Positions 27,341-41,956 of a DNA stretch of 64,000 bases are shown piece by piece; position 1 is the first letter of the stretch; each line of letters starts with the position of its first letter. This stretch comes from Eledone cirrhosa (Eukaryota), in assembly GCA_964016885.1 (NCBI GenBank), contig OZ024741.1, positions 294,314,001 to 294,378,000 of the forward strand, written 5' to 3'. A program made the translations under genes and the position numbers. The notes under the pieces are model-generated. The model was not told the DNA's origin. It worked only from the letters and a program-made list of their open reading frames with translations, and ran no database searches.

Positions 27341-27375
<35 letters not shown>
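26468..27375 (+). mobile_element. 5'-truncated second copy of the RTE LINE
   Basis: Highly similar to 16003-16931; intact C-terminus RGRPRKTW...ASREKRT; (GAT)n tail. Confidence 0.95.
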
Positions 27376-27565
27376 ATATATATATATACACCGACGGCTG
27401 AGCTCAAGCCGTTTCAACGGCTAATTCTGGTCCAGAATTAGCCGTCGAAACGGCTTGAGCTCAGCCGTCGGCGTCCTACTCGTTCCTATTACCCACTCTA
27501 CTACCCTAAGTATTGAGTACTTTGGTGCGTTATGGTCCACCTGGTTCCTTACCACATTTCCTTCG

Positions 27566-27617
<52 letters not shown>

Positions 27618-28954
27618 ATATTCATTTTTTTAAGGCTAAATAGTCTTGTTACTCTAGTATTTGGCCGGTTTATCGCAGGGTCATCAGACAAGAACAAGTA
27701 TATGTGTATATACATGCATATATATTTATCGAGAGTCGATTGACCTTTGTCAAATCGGACCTAGGAAACAATGTTTCCATTGGTCTTTCTAATTGCTACT
27801 ACTATCTATCGGTCTCAACTCCAGGTAGAAGGGGCAATGTAAAATAAAGTGTCTTGCTCAAGGACATAACGCATCACCTGGTCGGGGAATCGAACTCACA
27901 ACCTCACGATTGTGAATCCAATTCTCTAACCACTCAGCCACATGCCTCCACAATATATATATATATATATATATATACACACGCACACACACATACATAC
28001 ACATACTTTTTTTTTTTTTTTATATACTTATATATTTATTATCAGTACAGAATGGAAGGAATGTTAAGATATTTCTGCAAAGTGGTTTAAAGTCTGAAGA
28101 GTACTCGGACTGAAGGATCCAAATATTAATAACAATTACAAAACGAAAATCCGAAGAGGGCTCGATAAGGAATGTATATATAAAACCATAGAGCAAATAT
28201 TTATTATTAGTACAGATTTTAAACCACTATGCAGAATCAAAATCTTAATATTTCTACGAATCTGTACTAATAATAAATATTTGCTCTACAGGTTTATATA
28301 TATTTTTATAAGTATGTATACAATCCATAACAAACCTTCTTCGGATTTTGGTCTTCATAATTATTATTACTTTATATAATATATAGTGAAGGTTGTGAGT
28401 TCAATTCTTGGATCGGGTGATGTGTTGTTTCCTTGAGCAAGACACTTTATTTCACATTGCTCCAGTTTACTCAGCTGTAGAAATGAGATGATAGGACTGG
28501 GGTCCCTATCATTCCACTGCAAAGTGGTCGTGTAGGCGCCACAGCAAAAAAAGCACCCAGCACTCACTATAAATGAGGTTAGTGTTAGGAAGGGCATCCA
28601 GCTGTAGAAATCAAGCCAGAATTAGTTCCCGTGTGAGCAAGACATGGTCAGCCGCCCGGACACTGCCCACAACAGGACAACCCGTCTAACCCATGCTAGT
28701 GTGGTGGAACGGATGTAAAACGATGATGATGTGTGTGTGTATGTGTGTGCGTATTGATATTGATTAGTAGAAACGTCGTGTAAATTTTGTTTTTGAATGT
28801 ATTGCCTTATCCTCCATTTATTTATATTGGTGTGTATATATATATTGTATATATATAATATATATATATAATATATATGTGTGTGTGTGTATACATATAT
28901 ATACAATATATATATATATATATGTATAACATATATATATTATATATATATTAT

Positions 28955-29073
<119 letters not shown>

Positions 29074-29320
29074 ATGTGTGTGTCCGTGTGCATATATTAT
29101 GTAAGCATTGGAAAATAGATGTTCAATGATGATGATGATATACGAAATGAACATTTATGCTCTGTGATTTTCATGGTCTTTAGCTTCCAGCATCATACAC
29201 CATGTCTTACACCCTGGATTTTATGACTTTCAGGATTTCACCTGAATAACATGTCAAGCTTTGATGCACCTTGTTAAAAATATGAGTAGATTTATCCACT
29301 TTCAGTTATTCTCTAATATA

Positions 29321-29846
29321 CGAGGGTGCTTCAAAAAGTTTGTTTGAAAAAGGACAGTTGAAAAAAACGGTTTAAGTTATCCATCTACACCAATACACTT
29401 CTGCAAGCATTGATACCAGCTTTTAAGTCCATCTGTGTAAAACTGAGTGGCATGCAATTCAAACCATGTCAAAGCAGCTTTTTTTTACATCTTCAACTGG
29501 GGATCATCTTCAACCTCATCTCTTCCACTTCTAAAATGACTTATCTATTTGAAGGTTGTTGAATTCTTGAGGGCATAGTCCCCATAAACTTGCTCCAGAG
29601 TGTTAATGATTTGGCTGCTTTTCTACTCTATCTACACCATGAATTTGATGTTTTGATGAATGTCATGTTGCTTGAGTGGGTGGTGACTTTCAACTGGTGG
29701 CGCCACATTGCAGCATGCATTTAAGAGTTCATGTTAGAACATGTTATGACTCATTAGTACGAGAACATATAGGTGCATTGAGATCAAAATTCCTGCATAA
29801 TTTTTAACTATAAACTTTTACCACGAACCTGTTGAAGCTCCTCTTG
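29321..29846. mobile_element. Degenerate non-autonomous Mariner
   Basis: TA-CGAGGGTGCTTCAAAAAGTT ... AACCTGTTGAAGCTCCTCTTG-TA inverted termini. Confidence 0.65.
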
Positions 29847-29878
29847 TATACATATATATGTATATATCTTTGTATATA

Positions 29879-30740
29879 CAAGGTGGCATCAAAAAGTTCA
29901 CGGGCCAGTTATGTTTAAAAAAATGTATATATTTACCTACATTTTGACATCATCTCCTTTGAAATAGTCACCTTGAAGAGAATTACACTGGTCCCAGCAT
30001 TCCTGCCATTTTGGGAATCTGGTCTGGAGGCCATTTTCCGTAAGTGAGTCAAGGACCTTCAGAGATTCACTCTGGATCTCAGCAACGGTGTTAAAACAAT
30101 AACTTTTGAGCTGCATTTTCTGCTTGGAGAAAAGATGGAAGTCTGCAGATGTTAAATCTGGCAAATAGAGCAGGTGTGGAAGCGAGACAATGTTGTTTTT
30201 GTTGAGAAAATCCCAAATGAAGAGAGCTCGGTGACCGGGTGCATTGTCATCATGAACAATACAATTCTTCGCGCTCCACAGATCTGGTTGCTTTTGTCAA
30301 ATGACCTCCCGCATATGCCTCAAAATGTTGCAGTAGCACTCTCAATTGATGATCTGCCTCAGTGGCACTAATTCTTGATGCACATTACTGCAGGTGTCAA
30401 TAAAAATAATGAGCATGCTGTTGATGGAGCTGCAGCTCTTCTGTGCCTTCTTCAGTCATGGTGATGAAGGGCTTTTCCACTGTTCAGTGCTGCTTCATCT
30501 CAGGGTCATGATGATCCTCAACATGAAGGATGGGTCATCAGTGGCACACTGATGGGGATCTTGACAAAAATCGATATGATATTCTTTCTGTTCAGTGGTC
30601 AGCAGGTAGGGGACAAACTTGGCAGCAACATGCTACATGTTCAATTCAGACATTAGGATTCCCTGCATGAACCTATACGACAGACCAACAACATCAGCAA
30701 TATCATTAATTGTTCTCCAAGAATATTCATGCTCATTCTG
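29879..30740 (-). pseudogene. Mariner (DD34D) transposase remnant with one TIR
   Basis: HDDNAPGH (~30230-30255) and PDLTSADFHLF...KWQECWDQC...GDYFKGD; TIR CAAGGTGGCATCAAAAAGTTC at 29879. Confidence 0.85.
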
Positions 30741-30744
30741 AGAT

Positions 30745-31020
30745 CAGTTCTCACTACCTCTATCCACATCTTCTTTGGTCTTCCTCTTCTACAGCTTCCT
30801 TCCACTAGGAATTCCTAGCACTTTTTACCTACCTGTTAATCAAACCTCTATATGAGTGCAGTCCCTTCACTTACAACATCTGATCCCTCTTAAGTCTAAA
30901 TTTTCACAACTCATCCGTGCACTGTCATTTACGCTCACTAACATTACACATCCAGTGGAGCATACTCACTTCACCTTTTTCAAGCCTTCACACATCCTTT
31001 GTATTTAAGGTCCATGTCTG
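30745..31020 (-). mobile_element. Old RTE LINE 3' fragment
   Basis: Reverse strand resembles the RTE C-terminus (ATGCTCCACTGGATGTGT; AGAAGAGGAAGACCAAAGAAG). Confidence 0.6.
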
Positions 31021-31689
31021 TGAGAACAAGAAGACTTGTGATCATAATGTCGTGGGTTTAATTCCTGGGCTGGGTTGTGTGTTGTGTTCTTGAGCAAAAC
31101 ACTTCATTTCACATTGATACAGTATACTCAACTAAAAATGAGTACCAGCAGTAGCTGGGTGTTTAACCCCTGAGATGGGTTATTCAGGTGGGAGTCTTGT
31201 ACTCTCAATAACTTATCACCACAGAAACTGAGATAAGCAGTGGCCTAATGAGCCTTCAAGATCCAGAGAGACTTTAATGTTTTTTCTCCTTACCATGCTG
31301 TATTGCACTACCTGTTGATATGTATCTGTGTTAGAGAGACAGACTGTGTAATAGTGTGCCATTGTCAATGTGGATGTGTGTTCTACTCTATAACTATGCA
31401 TGTGAGTGTGTTTGTGTGCATTGAGAAAGAGAGAGAAAGAAACAGACAGAGAGATAGACTATGTATTTGTGTGTCAGTGTGTATATATGGAAGGGTGTGT
31501 GTGCATATTTATATGTATGGGAATATATGTGGAATGTGTGTGTAAGTGTTGGTGTGTATGAGTGCATGTTTGTGTAAGTGGGTGTATTATGTGTATGTGG
31601 ATATATGTGTGCCCATGTGTGTATCATATAATATCACTTTTCAACTGTTGCAATTGTGGTTGTTGTTGTTGTTGTTGTCAAACTTCAAC

Positions 31690-34280
31690 CCCACACATCA
31701 CCATCACTACCACACACCACCAATACTACCACACATCACCATCACTACCACACACCACCAATACTACCACACACATAACTACTACACACACACCACCACT
31801 ACCACACACATCACCCCCCCCCCACACACACACACACACCACACCACCACTACCACACACACATCACCCCTACACACCACCACCAATATCATACACATAC
31901 TTGACTACAACACACTCACAATCACTACCACACCACACTATAGCACATCACACACCACACCACACTACACCACATCACATACCACAACACACTATACTAC
32001 ACCACACTATACTACAGCACACCACACTATACTACACCACACCACACTACACCACACCACACTATACTACACTACACCACACCACATTATACTACAACAC
32101 ATCTTTTCACACTGCACCACACCATACCAGATTACACCACACCACATCACACCATACTCTACCACATCACCCCCCACTGTACCACACCAGACTACACTAC
32201 ACCACACCATGCTACTCCATACCATACTATACTACACCACACCACACAATACTACACCACACCACACTACACCATACCTCACCAGACTATACTACACCAC
32301 ACCACACCAGACTATACTACACCACACCTCACCACACCAGACTATACTACACCACATCTCACCACACTACACCACACCACACCATACTACACTACACCGC
32401 ACCACACTATACTACACCACACCACACCATACTACACCACACCTCACCACACCAGACTATACTACCCCACACCACATCATACTACACTACACCACACCAC
32501 ACCAGACTATACTACACCATACCACACCATACTACACTACACACACCAGACTATACTACACCACACCACACTATACTACACCACACCACACCATACTACA
32601 CCACACCTCACCACACCAGACTATACTACACCATACCACACTATATTACACCACACCACACCATACTACACCACACCTCACCACACCAGACTATACTACA
32701 CCATACCACACTATACTACACCACACCACACCATACTACACCACACCTCACCACATCGAGCTACCATGTATACAAAACAAGCACAGGGCATGCTGCAAGC
32801 ACATAAACACTCATACACACACACATAGAACAACACACACACACACACACACACATGTAGTACCACATGCACATACACACACACTGTACCGCATGCACAT
32901 ACACACACATTGTACCACATAGATTGTACCACACTCATAGAACAACACACACACACACACACACACTCATTGTACCACACACATACACACCATAAACACT
33001 GAGCATGCTGCAAACACATATACACATAATATAGTACCACAAACACACACAGCACTACATACATGGAACTACACACACTTATAGTACCAGACACACACAC
33101 ACACAGTAGTATATGGCCAGGATAAAACTACTACTAAGCATCAATGAACCACACCTGTACTAACACCACTACCACAACACCTACTTCGTGTACAGCCAGC
33201 AACCACTAACTAACACCACTGGCACCATAGCCACTAAATACCATTACCACTACCACCCAAACACCACCACCATCATTATCACCACTACCACCACCAGCAC
33301 TAAACACCACTACCACTAGCACCCCCACCACCACCATCATTGTCACCACTACAACCATCGGCTTTAAACACATTACCACTATCACCCTAACCACCACCAT
33401 CATTATCACCACTACAACTACCACCCAAACACCACCACCATCATTATCACCACTACCACCATGGGCTTTAAACACATTACTACTACCACCCCATCCACCT
33501 ACCACTACCAGCTTTAAACACTATTGCCACTACCACCCAAACCACCACCATCATTATCATCACTACCACCACTGGCTTTAACACCATTACCACTACCACC
33601 CAAACCACCCCCATCATTATCACCACTACCACCACTGTCACTATCAATACTAATCCCATCACCATCACCACCACCAACACTACTACTACTACTAGATATA
33701 CCACCACCATCTCCAACAACAACAACACCACCATTATAAGCATCCCCAGCACCACAGCATCATAACCACCAACACCAGACACCACCAACTAAAATAACAC
33801 CTTCATCATCACCACCACTACTATAACCATTAAACACTACCACCATCACTGCCTCCAATATCACCAAACACCACCACCAGCTGCAACAACATCATAACTA
33901 CCATCTCAATCACCACCACCACCACCATTATTACCACCATCTCAATCACCACCACCACCACCACCACCATTTCAATCACCACCACCACCACCATCACCAC
34001 CACCACTATCACTACCAGTACCATCAACACGACAACCACCACCACCACCACCACTATCACTACCACCACCATCAACACCACAACCACCACCACCACCACC
34101 ACCACCGCCGCCACCATTATTACCACCATCTCAATCACCACTACCAACAGCATCAATACCACAACCACCACCAGCGCCACAACCTCCACCACCACCACCA
34201 CCACCATCAACACCACTACCACCATCAACATCAACACCACCACCAACAACACCACCACCACCACCACCACCACCTCCACT
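31690..34280. repeat. C/A-rich low-complexity tracts (CACCA/CACTA pentamers, CAC triplets)
   Basis: Visible pentamer and triplet arrays; the long ORFs here are repeat translations. Confidence 0.92.
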
Positions 34281-34451
34281 AGTTACTACATTCTAAATAA
34301 TATTGCTGCTGCTGCTGCTAATATTCCTTATGAACACAAGTTCTCTAAAATAATTTCCTTGTAGTTGTTCTTGCTGTTGCTCTGCTTGTTGTTGTAATCA
34401 CTTGAGTTACATTAAAAAAAAAAACTGGTGTGTAATACACCTTTTATAGAG

Positions 34452-34491
<40 letters not shown>

Positions 34492-35023
34492 ACATACAAT
34501 CACACATAGACACTCACAGAATTACATACATACATACTGAGTCACCAATACATACATACACTCATACATATATATATATATACATACACACAAACACACA
34601 CACACACACACACACGCACTTATATATATAAATATATATATTTACATACATACAATCACACACACACACACTTATATATATAAATATATATGTTTACATA
34701 CATACAATCACACATACACACACATACTTGCGCAATTACATGCACTGACACTTACCGATACATATACATACATATATATAGAGACAGATATATACACACA
34801 CACACACACATATAGTGTATAGACTGCCATAAACTGACACATATATCAATCACATTACAAGTACACACATGTCAAAAGGGGAAAAAAAATAGAAATTCAG
34901 GCATGGAAACAGTGAAACTCTGAAATTTTGTGGTCAGGATATATAGACATAGTCACAGAGTTAAATATTTATACATACATACATACAAACATACATACAT
35001 ACATACATACATACATACATACA

Positions 35024-35059
<36 letters not shown>

Positions 35060-35146
35060 TTTATAAACAACTCACACTCATAAGTATATATAAACAAAAC
35101 AACACAAGCATGTAAATACATATAAAAACCACATATACATACATAC

Positions 35147-35243
<97 letters not shown>

Positions 35244-35262
35244 TATGTATCAGCTGATATGG

Positions 35263-35300
<38 letters not shown>

Positions 35301-35539
35301 AGAACATAACTATAAAATAATAGAAAGCAATATATATATACATGTCTATATATACATGTATGTATAGATGTATAGATGCATGATGTTAGTGGTAGCCATG
35401 TGTATATAAGTTCATATATATTTCCATAACAATGCATATATATTTGAATGTGTTGTCTTGTTGAGAACGAGGGAGAGAACACTAGCACTGTCAACATCAT
35501 CATCATCATCATTGTCATCATTATCATTCTTATCATTAC

Positions 35540-35577
<38 letters not shown>

Positions 35578-35937
35578 GCAGCAGCAACATCATCCCTCTC
35601 GTTGTTGTTATTATTAATATTATTATTACTAGTGTTAACTAGTACCAGCACCATCACCAACATTATTACACACTACCTCTTACCTTGTGGAATTACATTG
35701 TTATTCTATGGAAATGAATCATATATGTGAAATAGGCAGGAGGATATTCCGATATCTAGATTGGTTCATCTTCGATATAGGTAAGTAAAGTAACCATGCT
35801 GATTATGTTTTGATTCGGCTAACTCTCTCGTCATAGTTGATGTTGTTGTTTTTAACGGTAGTTTTCACCTCTTTCACTTTTTCAACACAACATCTGTTTT
35901 CAACATTGCAATAAACAAAACAAATATATATATATAT

Positions 35938-35985
<48 letters not shown>

Positions 35986-36245
35986 GTATATATATATATA
36001 TTAATTCAAAATATTAACAAAAATAAACATTCGTGTGATCAAGTATATTTTATTATACATATTTCAGAGGTACTGAGCTATCTTCAACAGTAATGTATAA
36101 TAAAATATACTTGATCACACAAATGTCTATTTTTGTTAATATTTTGAATTAATATTAATAACTCTGGAAAACCAATACTGTTGAGTGCTTCCAATCTATT
36201 GTAAAACTCATCCTTTGATTTATTCATTGAACCTTGTTTAACCTT

Positions 36246-36290
<45 letters not shown>

Positions 36291-36445
36291 TCACACACAA
36301 ACAGTTACACAAAGATACTTAAACGTGTACATGTGTATGTGTCCAACCCATGCAAGCATTGGAAAACAGGCATAAAATGATGAAGTTAATGATGATGATG
36401 ATGTTATATATATACATACATATATATATACATATATATATATAT

Positions 36446-36491
<46 letters not shown>

Positions 36492-36611
36492 TATTATTAT
36501 ATATATATACATATATACACATATATTTATAAACATATATGTATATATATATATATATACATACACATATATATGTATATATACATATATATCCATCTGC
36601 ACACACACACA

Positions 36612-36670
<59 letters not shown>

Positions 36671-36952
36671 ACCTAAAACCAACCAACAAGCAAAGGAAGC
36701 AACTTCATGCACTTGAGTTTGGCAATGTTGTGAAAGAATTGATTATTCAATTTTGTTTTATTTTGCTTTTTTTTTTTGACATTTTGGGTTCTGCTAAAGA
36801 ATTTATGTTGTTGGTTGGTTTTAACAAATATATTTTGTTTCAAAATTTAATTATTTTTCTAGTTTTTAATTTTGAATTTGGGAAGATTTTCCTCACACTA
36901 TTCTGACTTCAGTTAGGTTGTCATTGAAATATATGTGTGTGTGTGTTGAATG

Positions 36953-36997
<45 letters not shown>

Positions 36998-37087
36998 ACT
37001 CAACTCACATATATTATATAGATACATACATATATGCAGATACATATATACACATGCATATATATATATATACATCGTATACACACG

Positions 37088-37200
<113 letters not shown>

Positions 37201-37287
37201 GTAAAAGGTAAACAGAAATAACAACACAATCGGTACAGTATATGGAAGGAATATATTAGGTTAACACTTGAAATAGCAGGAAGAGGG

Positions 37288-37323
37288 TCTTAACGTTTCG
37301 GACACTAGTCCTTCATCAGAAGA
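37288..37323 (-). ncRNA. Minimal Penelope-type hammerhead motif
   Basis: Minus strand TCTT-CTGATGA-A-GGAC-TAGT-GTCC-GAAACGTT-AAGA. Confidence 0.75.
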
Positions 37324-37922
37324 AAGAATGAGAAATAAGATAGATTGAAGGGACGGGTTGGGTGGAAGAGGAAAAAATGTCTTTAGATAAAATAACAGGT
37401 CCATTCATTTTGACATCTCTTGGAATATATATGTGCGTGTGTATATATATATATATATTCACTGACTTAAATATTGATGGTTAAAATATTACTATTATCA
37501 AAGATTTCTCATGGATTGATGTAAAAATAAAAAGAACTAGAGAATCGGTATGTTATTACTGTTAAATACATTTTAGTGAGCTAAATAAACTGTCAAGTTA
37601 ACAGCTTGTAAACATTTTCACACCTTTAAATTTAAAACAAAAACATGTTGCTCTTAACTTTTCTAAACTGATACAAACCATTTTTGCTAATTTAACTCTA
37701 AAATATAAAAACAAAAACACTCCTTACTTCAGTTTTACTGTAACTAAAGGATTTTCACTCAATTAAATAGAAAATGATGTTCTAAGGCAGTCAGTGCTGC
37801 ATTTACCTATAAGCTATAGCTTAGGGCCACTTTCTGTCAAGGGGCCTCCTCATCTTTTAAAATATACTTTTATTATTTTTATTTTTTTTTGTTACTTATT
37901 ATTCTTTATCACTAAATCATCA

Positions 37923-37971
<49 letters not shown>

Positions 37972-38542
37972 TATATATATGTATAAACAAAGAACAAAGA
38001 GGGTGTGATAAGATACCAGGTGGACCATAACATACCAGAGTACTCAATACTTAGGGTAGTAGATTGGGTAATAGGAAAAATGTCAGGACCCCAACGGCTG
38101 AACTCCGGCCATTTCGACAGCTAGATCTGAACTAAAGCGACCAGTCTAGCTGTCAAAATAGCTGGAGCTCAGCCATCGGGGTCCTGATTATTTTCCTATA
38201 TATATGTATATATATGTATATATATATATATATAACAGCGATGAATTAGTTTTGCGAGGTTTTTGATATGAAATTGTGTTTCGAAACAAATATTGTTATA
38301 CTTGGGGAGGGTCATATTTGTGTAATAATATTGCCAGAATTATTAACAGAACACACTCACTGTTTGGTTGGTTTTCGCTTCTGTCTTTTATATCGGTTAA
38401 TTTAATTTATTCACAATAATTTGTGTAATAATATTGGCAATATTATTACACAAATATGACCCTCCCCAAGTATAACAATATATATATAAATATATATATA
38501 GAGAGAGATTACATGAAACAAAGTTCTGTTTAAATCATTTAT

Positions 38543-38591
38543 TTGCTTACAATTGTTTCTTCCAAACCGAGGTTTGGAGTCTTCGGAGCAA
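38543..38591 (-). ncRNA. Hammerhead motif with CCGAAGA core variant
   Basis: Minus strand TTGCT-CCGAAGA-C-TCCAAACC-TC-GGTTTGGA-A-GAAAC-AATT-GTA-AGCAA. Confidence 0.65.
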
Positions 38592-40819
38592 TTATTCAGT
38601 GATGTTTAACATACTTGACCTCCTTTTCAACACAAGAGACATATAGAAACATATGTATATATTGACCCACAGTGGGTTGACATCCATTATAATAATATAG
38701 CATGGTAATTTACATACAAAGATTACAGTCATATTAAAGGACAAAATTTATCTTACTGGTAATAAGATAGTAATAAATTACTGTCTTTCACTATTTAGGG
38801 TATAATATATATATAACTATAAAAGGTTTTAGTATATACATAACCATAAATAGTATCCTTAATACTATATATATATATATATATGATGATGATGATGATA
38901 TATATATATATAATTTATTTTTAATCATTAACATTAATGAAAAAAATAATAATCATATATAATGATTTAATTTTTTTACACAAATTTTATTAGAGAAAGG
39001 CCTCAAATTTCATGTAGCTTTGGACCTCTTCACATGATACTGAAGTTTGATTATTATTTAAAATATTCCAATAAGTTAAATCAAGTCATTGTTTTCAGTT
39101 ACAGTTGTTTGTAAACATCTGTACTCATTTAAATTTAAAATAAAAACATGCTGCTCTTAAATCGATTTAACTATAATTAAAGCATTTCCTCTGATTTAAA
39201 TGTACAATACATAAAAAAATATGACCATGCTTTACTTCACTATAATTAAAGGCTTTTCTCTGAGTTAAATTTTATTGTGTTCTAACACAGAGGAAGAGAA
39301 ACTTTTTTTATATATTTGAAGGCCACATAATATAATCCTTATCAAATATTTTGAAATAATAATATTATCACCAATTTTATGTTTACTTTTCCATGTTTGC
39401 CTGTGTTAGATGGGTCCTCTTCATAACATCTTGCAACCTGTTGAATTCTATTTTTATCTCCTTTGTAAGAAAGGAAACTTGTTTTTATAAAATATTTTTA
39501 TCAGAATTTAAGTCCTTTATAATAAATATAGTATTATGCATTCAACAAAATTCTTTTAATACAAAAGTCCATACTTTTCCCCAAAAGCAACACTTAATCA
39601 CATCAAAAGGCTGCAGGCTTCTCACCACCCCTCTTTTACTCTGAACTACTTTGTTATTGAAAACGTTTCAATTACTTTTTTTTTAAATCTTCAAGAAGTC
39701 TTACTCTCTTGAGTGAAGGATTTTTAAATGAAGGGTATTTGTTGAATTGGTATAAAACAGATGAATAACAGATAAAGTTATCTGTTGTTAAGACCTTTTA
39801 TAACAAACTACCTAAAACAATTTCTGGTTCTTTGATACAAAACTGCTCATTCTAAAGTGTTAATATTTACCTAAATAATCTACCATCATAATTCTTAAGT
39901 TATATATTCCAAACACTATCTTAATAATGAGGAAACTAGTGATATTACTAAATCCGTTCAAATTTTTTTACTATTTTCAAAATCAATTGAAAATCATACT
40001 ATAATGTTTTTCATTAGGAATTTGGTAACAACAAGGTTAAATACTCTGTTTATTAAAATTAACTTTAAAATAAAATAAAAAATGTTCAGATTTATTTAAA
40101 GTGTTAAGAGGAAAATGTTTCATTGTTTTTCACTTCAATTTTTGCTCAGCTGAAGTATATCTACTTTGTTACAAACTTTGTTCTAACAAATATTATCAAA
40201 GAATCTTCATGCTGGCTTTAGAAAATAAAAAATGTTTTGATGCATATTCTAATGTCTGAGTATATTTATGAATATATCATCATCATCATCATCATCATCA
40301 TCATTTTACGTCCGCTTTTCCCTGCTTGCAAGGGTGGGACGGGAACTGATTCTGGCTTGATTTCTACAGCTGGATGCCCTTCCTAACACCAACCTCATTT
40401 ACAGTGAGTGCTGGGTGCTTTTTTTCCGTGGCACCTACAAGTCCACTTTGCAGTGGAATGATAGGGACCCCAGTCCCTATCATCTCATGTCTACAGCTGA
40501 GTAAACTGGAGCAATATATATATATATACTCAGACATTAGTATACATATATATATATACTCAGACTCCACACTGTAAACGTGGTTGGTGTTAGGAAGGGT
40601 ATCCATCCGTAGAAAACCTGCGAGACACGATCATCCAACCAATCTTGCTTCAAGTAAAACAATTCCCGTCTAAACCCATGCTAGCGTGGAAGATAGACAT
40701 TAAATGATGATGATGATGATGATGATGACATTAGAATATGCATCAAAACATTATATATATAATTGTTTCTACATTTGGCACAAGGCCAGCAAATACCCAG
40801 TACATTACTGATACTTTAT

Positions 40820-41101
40820 GTAGAAAATTATATGTTTTAAGAAGGCTAAGACAGTGTGAATTGGACCTGTAAAATCTAATTCAAATGAAGGCAACTTAAA
40901 AGGGTGTTACCTGGTATTTATTATAATTATATGTTTTTTTTTCCTCCTAATATTTCGGGACTTAAAAATCCCTTCTTCAGAGCAAAACGTTCCAATCTTA
41001 TTGCCTTGAAATTTGATTTAAATTTAAATCAAACTATAATGAAAATGAATTTTACAGTCCATTCTCATTGTCTTAGCCTTCGTAAAGTATATCATTTCTA
41101 T
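40820..41101. mobile_element. AT-rich MITE-like inverted repeat
   Basis: GAAGGCTAAGACAGTGTGAATTGGACCTGTAAA pairs with TTTACAGTCCATTCTCATTGTCTTAGCCTTC. Confidence 0.6.
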
Positions 41102-41164
41102 ATTATCTATATATATGTGCATATATATATATATATATTAAATATATATGTATTATATATGTAT

Positions 41165-41195
<31 letters not shown>

Positions 41196-41245
41196 GGTCC
41201 ATTATGCTTTGAACGCATACATGTATATGTCCTTTTTATTATTAT

Positions 41246-41609
41246 GCGGTGTGATTGGCAGTATCGGTAGAGGGTCGGACGCTATGCTTTGACGCATATA
41301 GTTATGGCCCTTGCCATTCTGAGTTCAAATCCCGTCGAGGTTAACTTTGCCTTTCATCCTAACGGTGGTCGATAAAATAAAGTACCAGTAATACACTGGG
41401 ATAATTGCTGGCCTTGTGCCTATTGTAGAAACAATTATTATAGAGAGTTGGACGCCATGCTTTGCAGCAAAGAGTTACGGCCCTTTATGATCTGAGTTCA
41501 AATCCCGCCGAGGTTAACTTTGCCTTTCATCCTTATGGGGTCGATAAAACAAAGTACCAGTAATACCCTGGGATAATTGCTGGCCTTGTGCCAAAAGTAG
41601 AAACAATTA

Positions 41610-41610
<1 letters not shown>
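41246..41610 (+). mobile_element. Tandem dimer of family B SINE
   Basis: Two consecutive copies ending GTAGAAACAATT then (ATT)n. Confidence 0.85.
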
Positions 41611-41677
<67 letters not shown>

Positions 41678-41898
41678 CATATATTCATGTATGTTTTGTG
41701 GTTCACCAATGGTTAGAACTGGTCATTCCATTTAGTTAACCATGATGTAATAGTAGAAAAATCACTCTGTTATGCAATTCATCCATCGTTGATGTTGAAT
41801 CCTATGGTTCGTGCAGGAACGGAGTTAAATATTTATTTGAATAAAATAACAGGAGGCTGGACTGGTAATATTCCTTTAAAGTTTTATTGTTGCAAAAA

Positions 41899-41956
41899 AC
41901 ACAATATATATTTCAATGTCCTGGTTACGTAAGATAATGGTGACCTCATCAGGTGT
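41899..41956 (-). ncRNA. Hammerhead motif with degenerate stem II
   Basis: Minus strand ACAC-CTGATGA-GGTC...GACATT-GAAA-TATATA-TT-GTGT. Confidence 0.55.

Noticed and set aside
31301-31322. miR-92-like seed TATTGCAC
   Set aside because: No complementary arm and the 3' sequence does not match the family
31546-32922. 458-aa and 414-aa His/Thr/Tyr/Pro-rich ORFs
   Set aside because: Overlapping frames over CACCA/CACTA repeats that rarely form stops; no splice or domain evidence
35458-35780. Ser-rich, signal-peptide-like ORF with TGA read-through (editing or Sec) to the donor
   Set aside because: Non-ATG start, microsatellite origin, no SECIS or editing evidence
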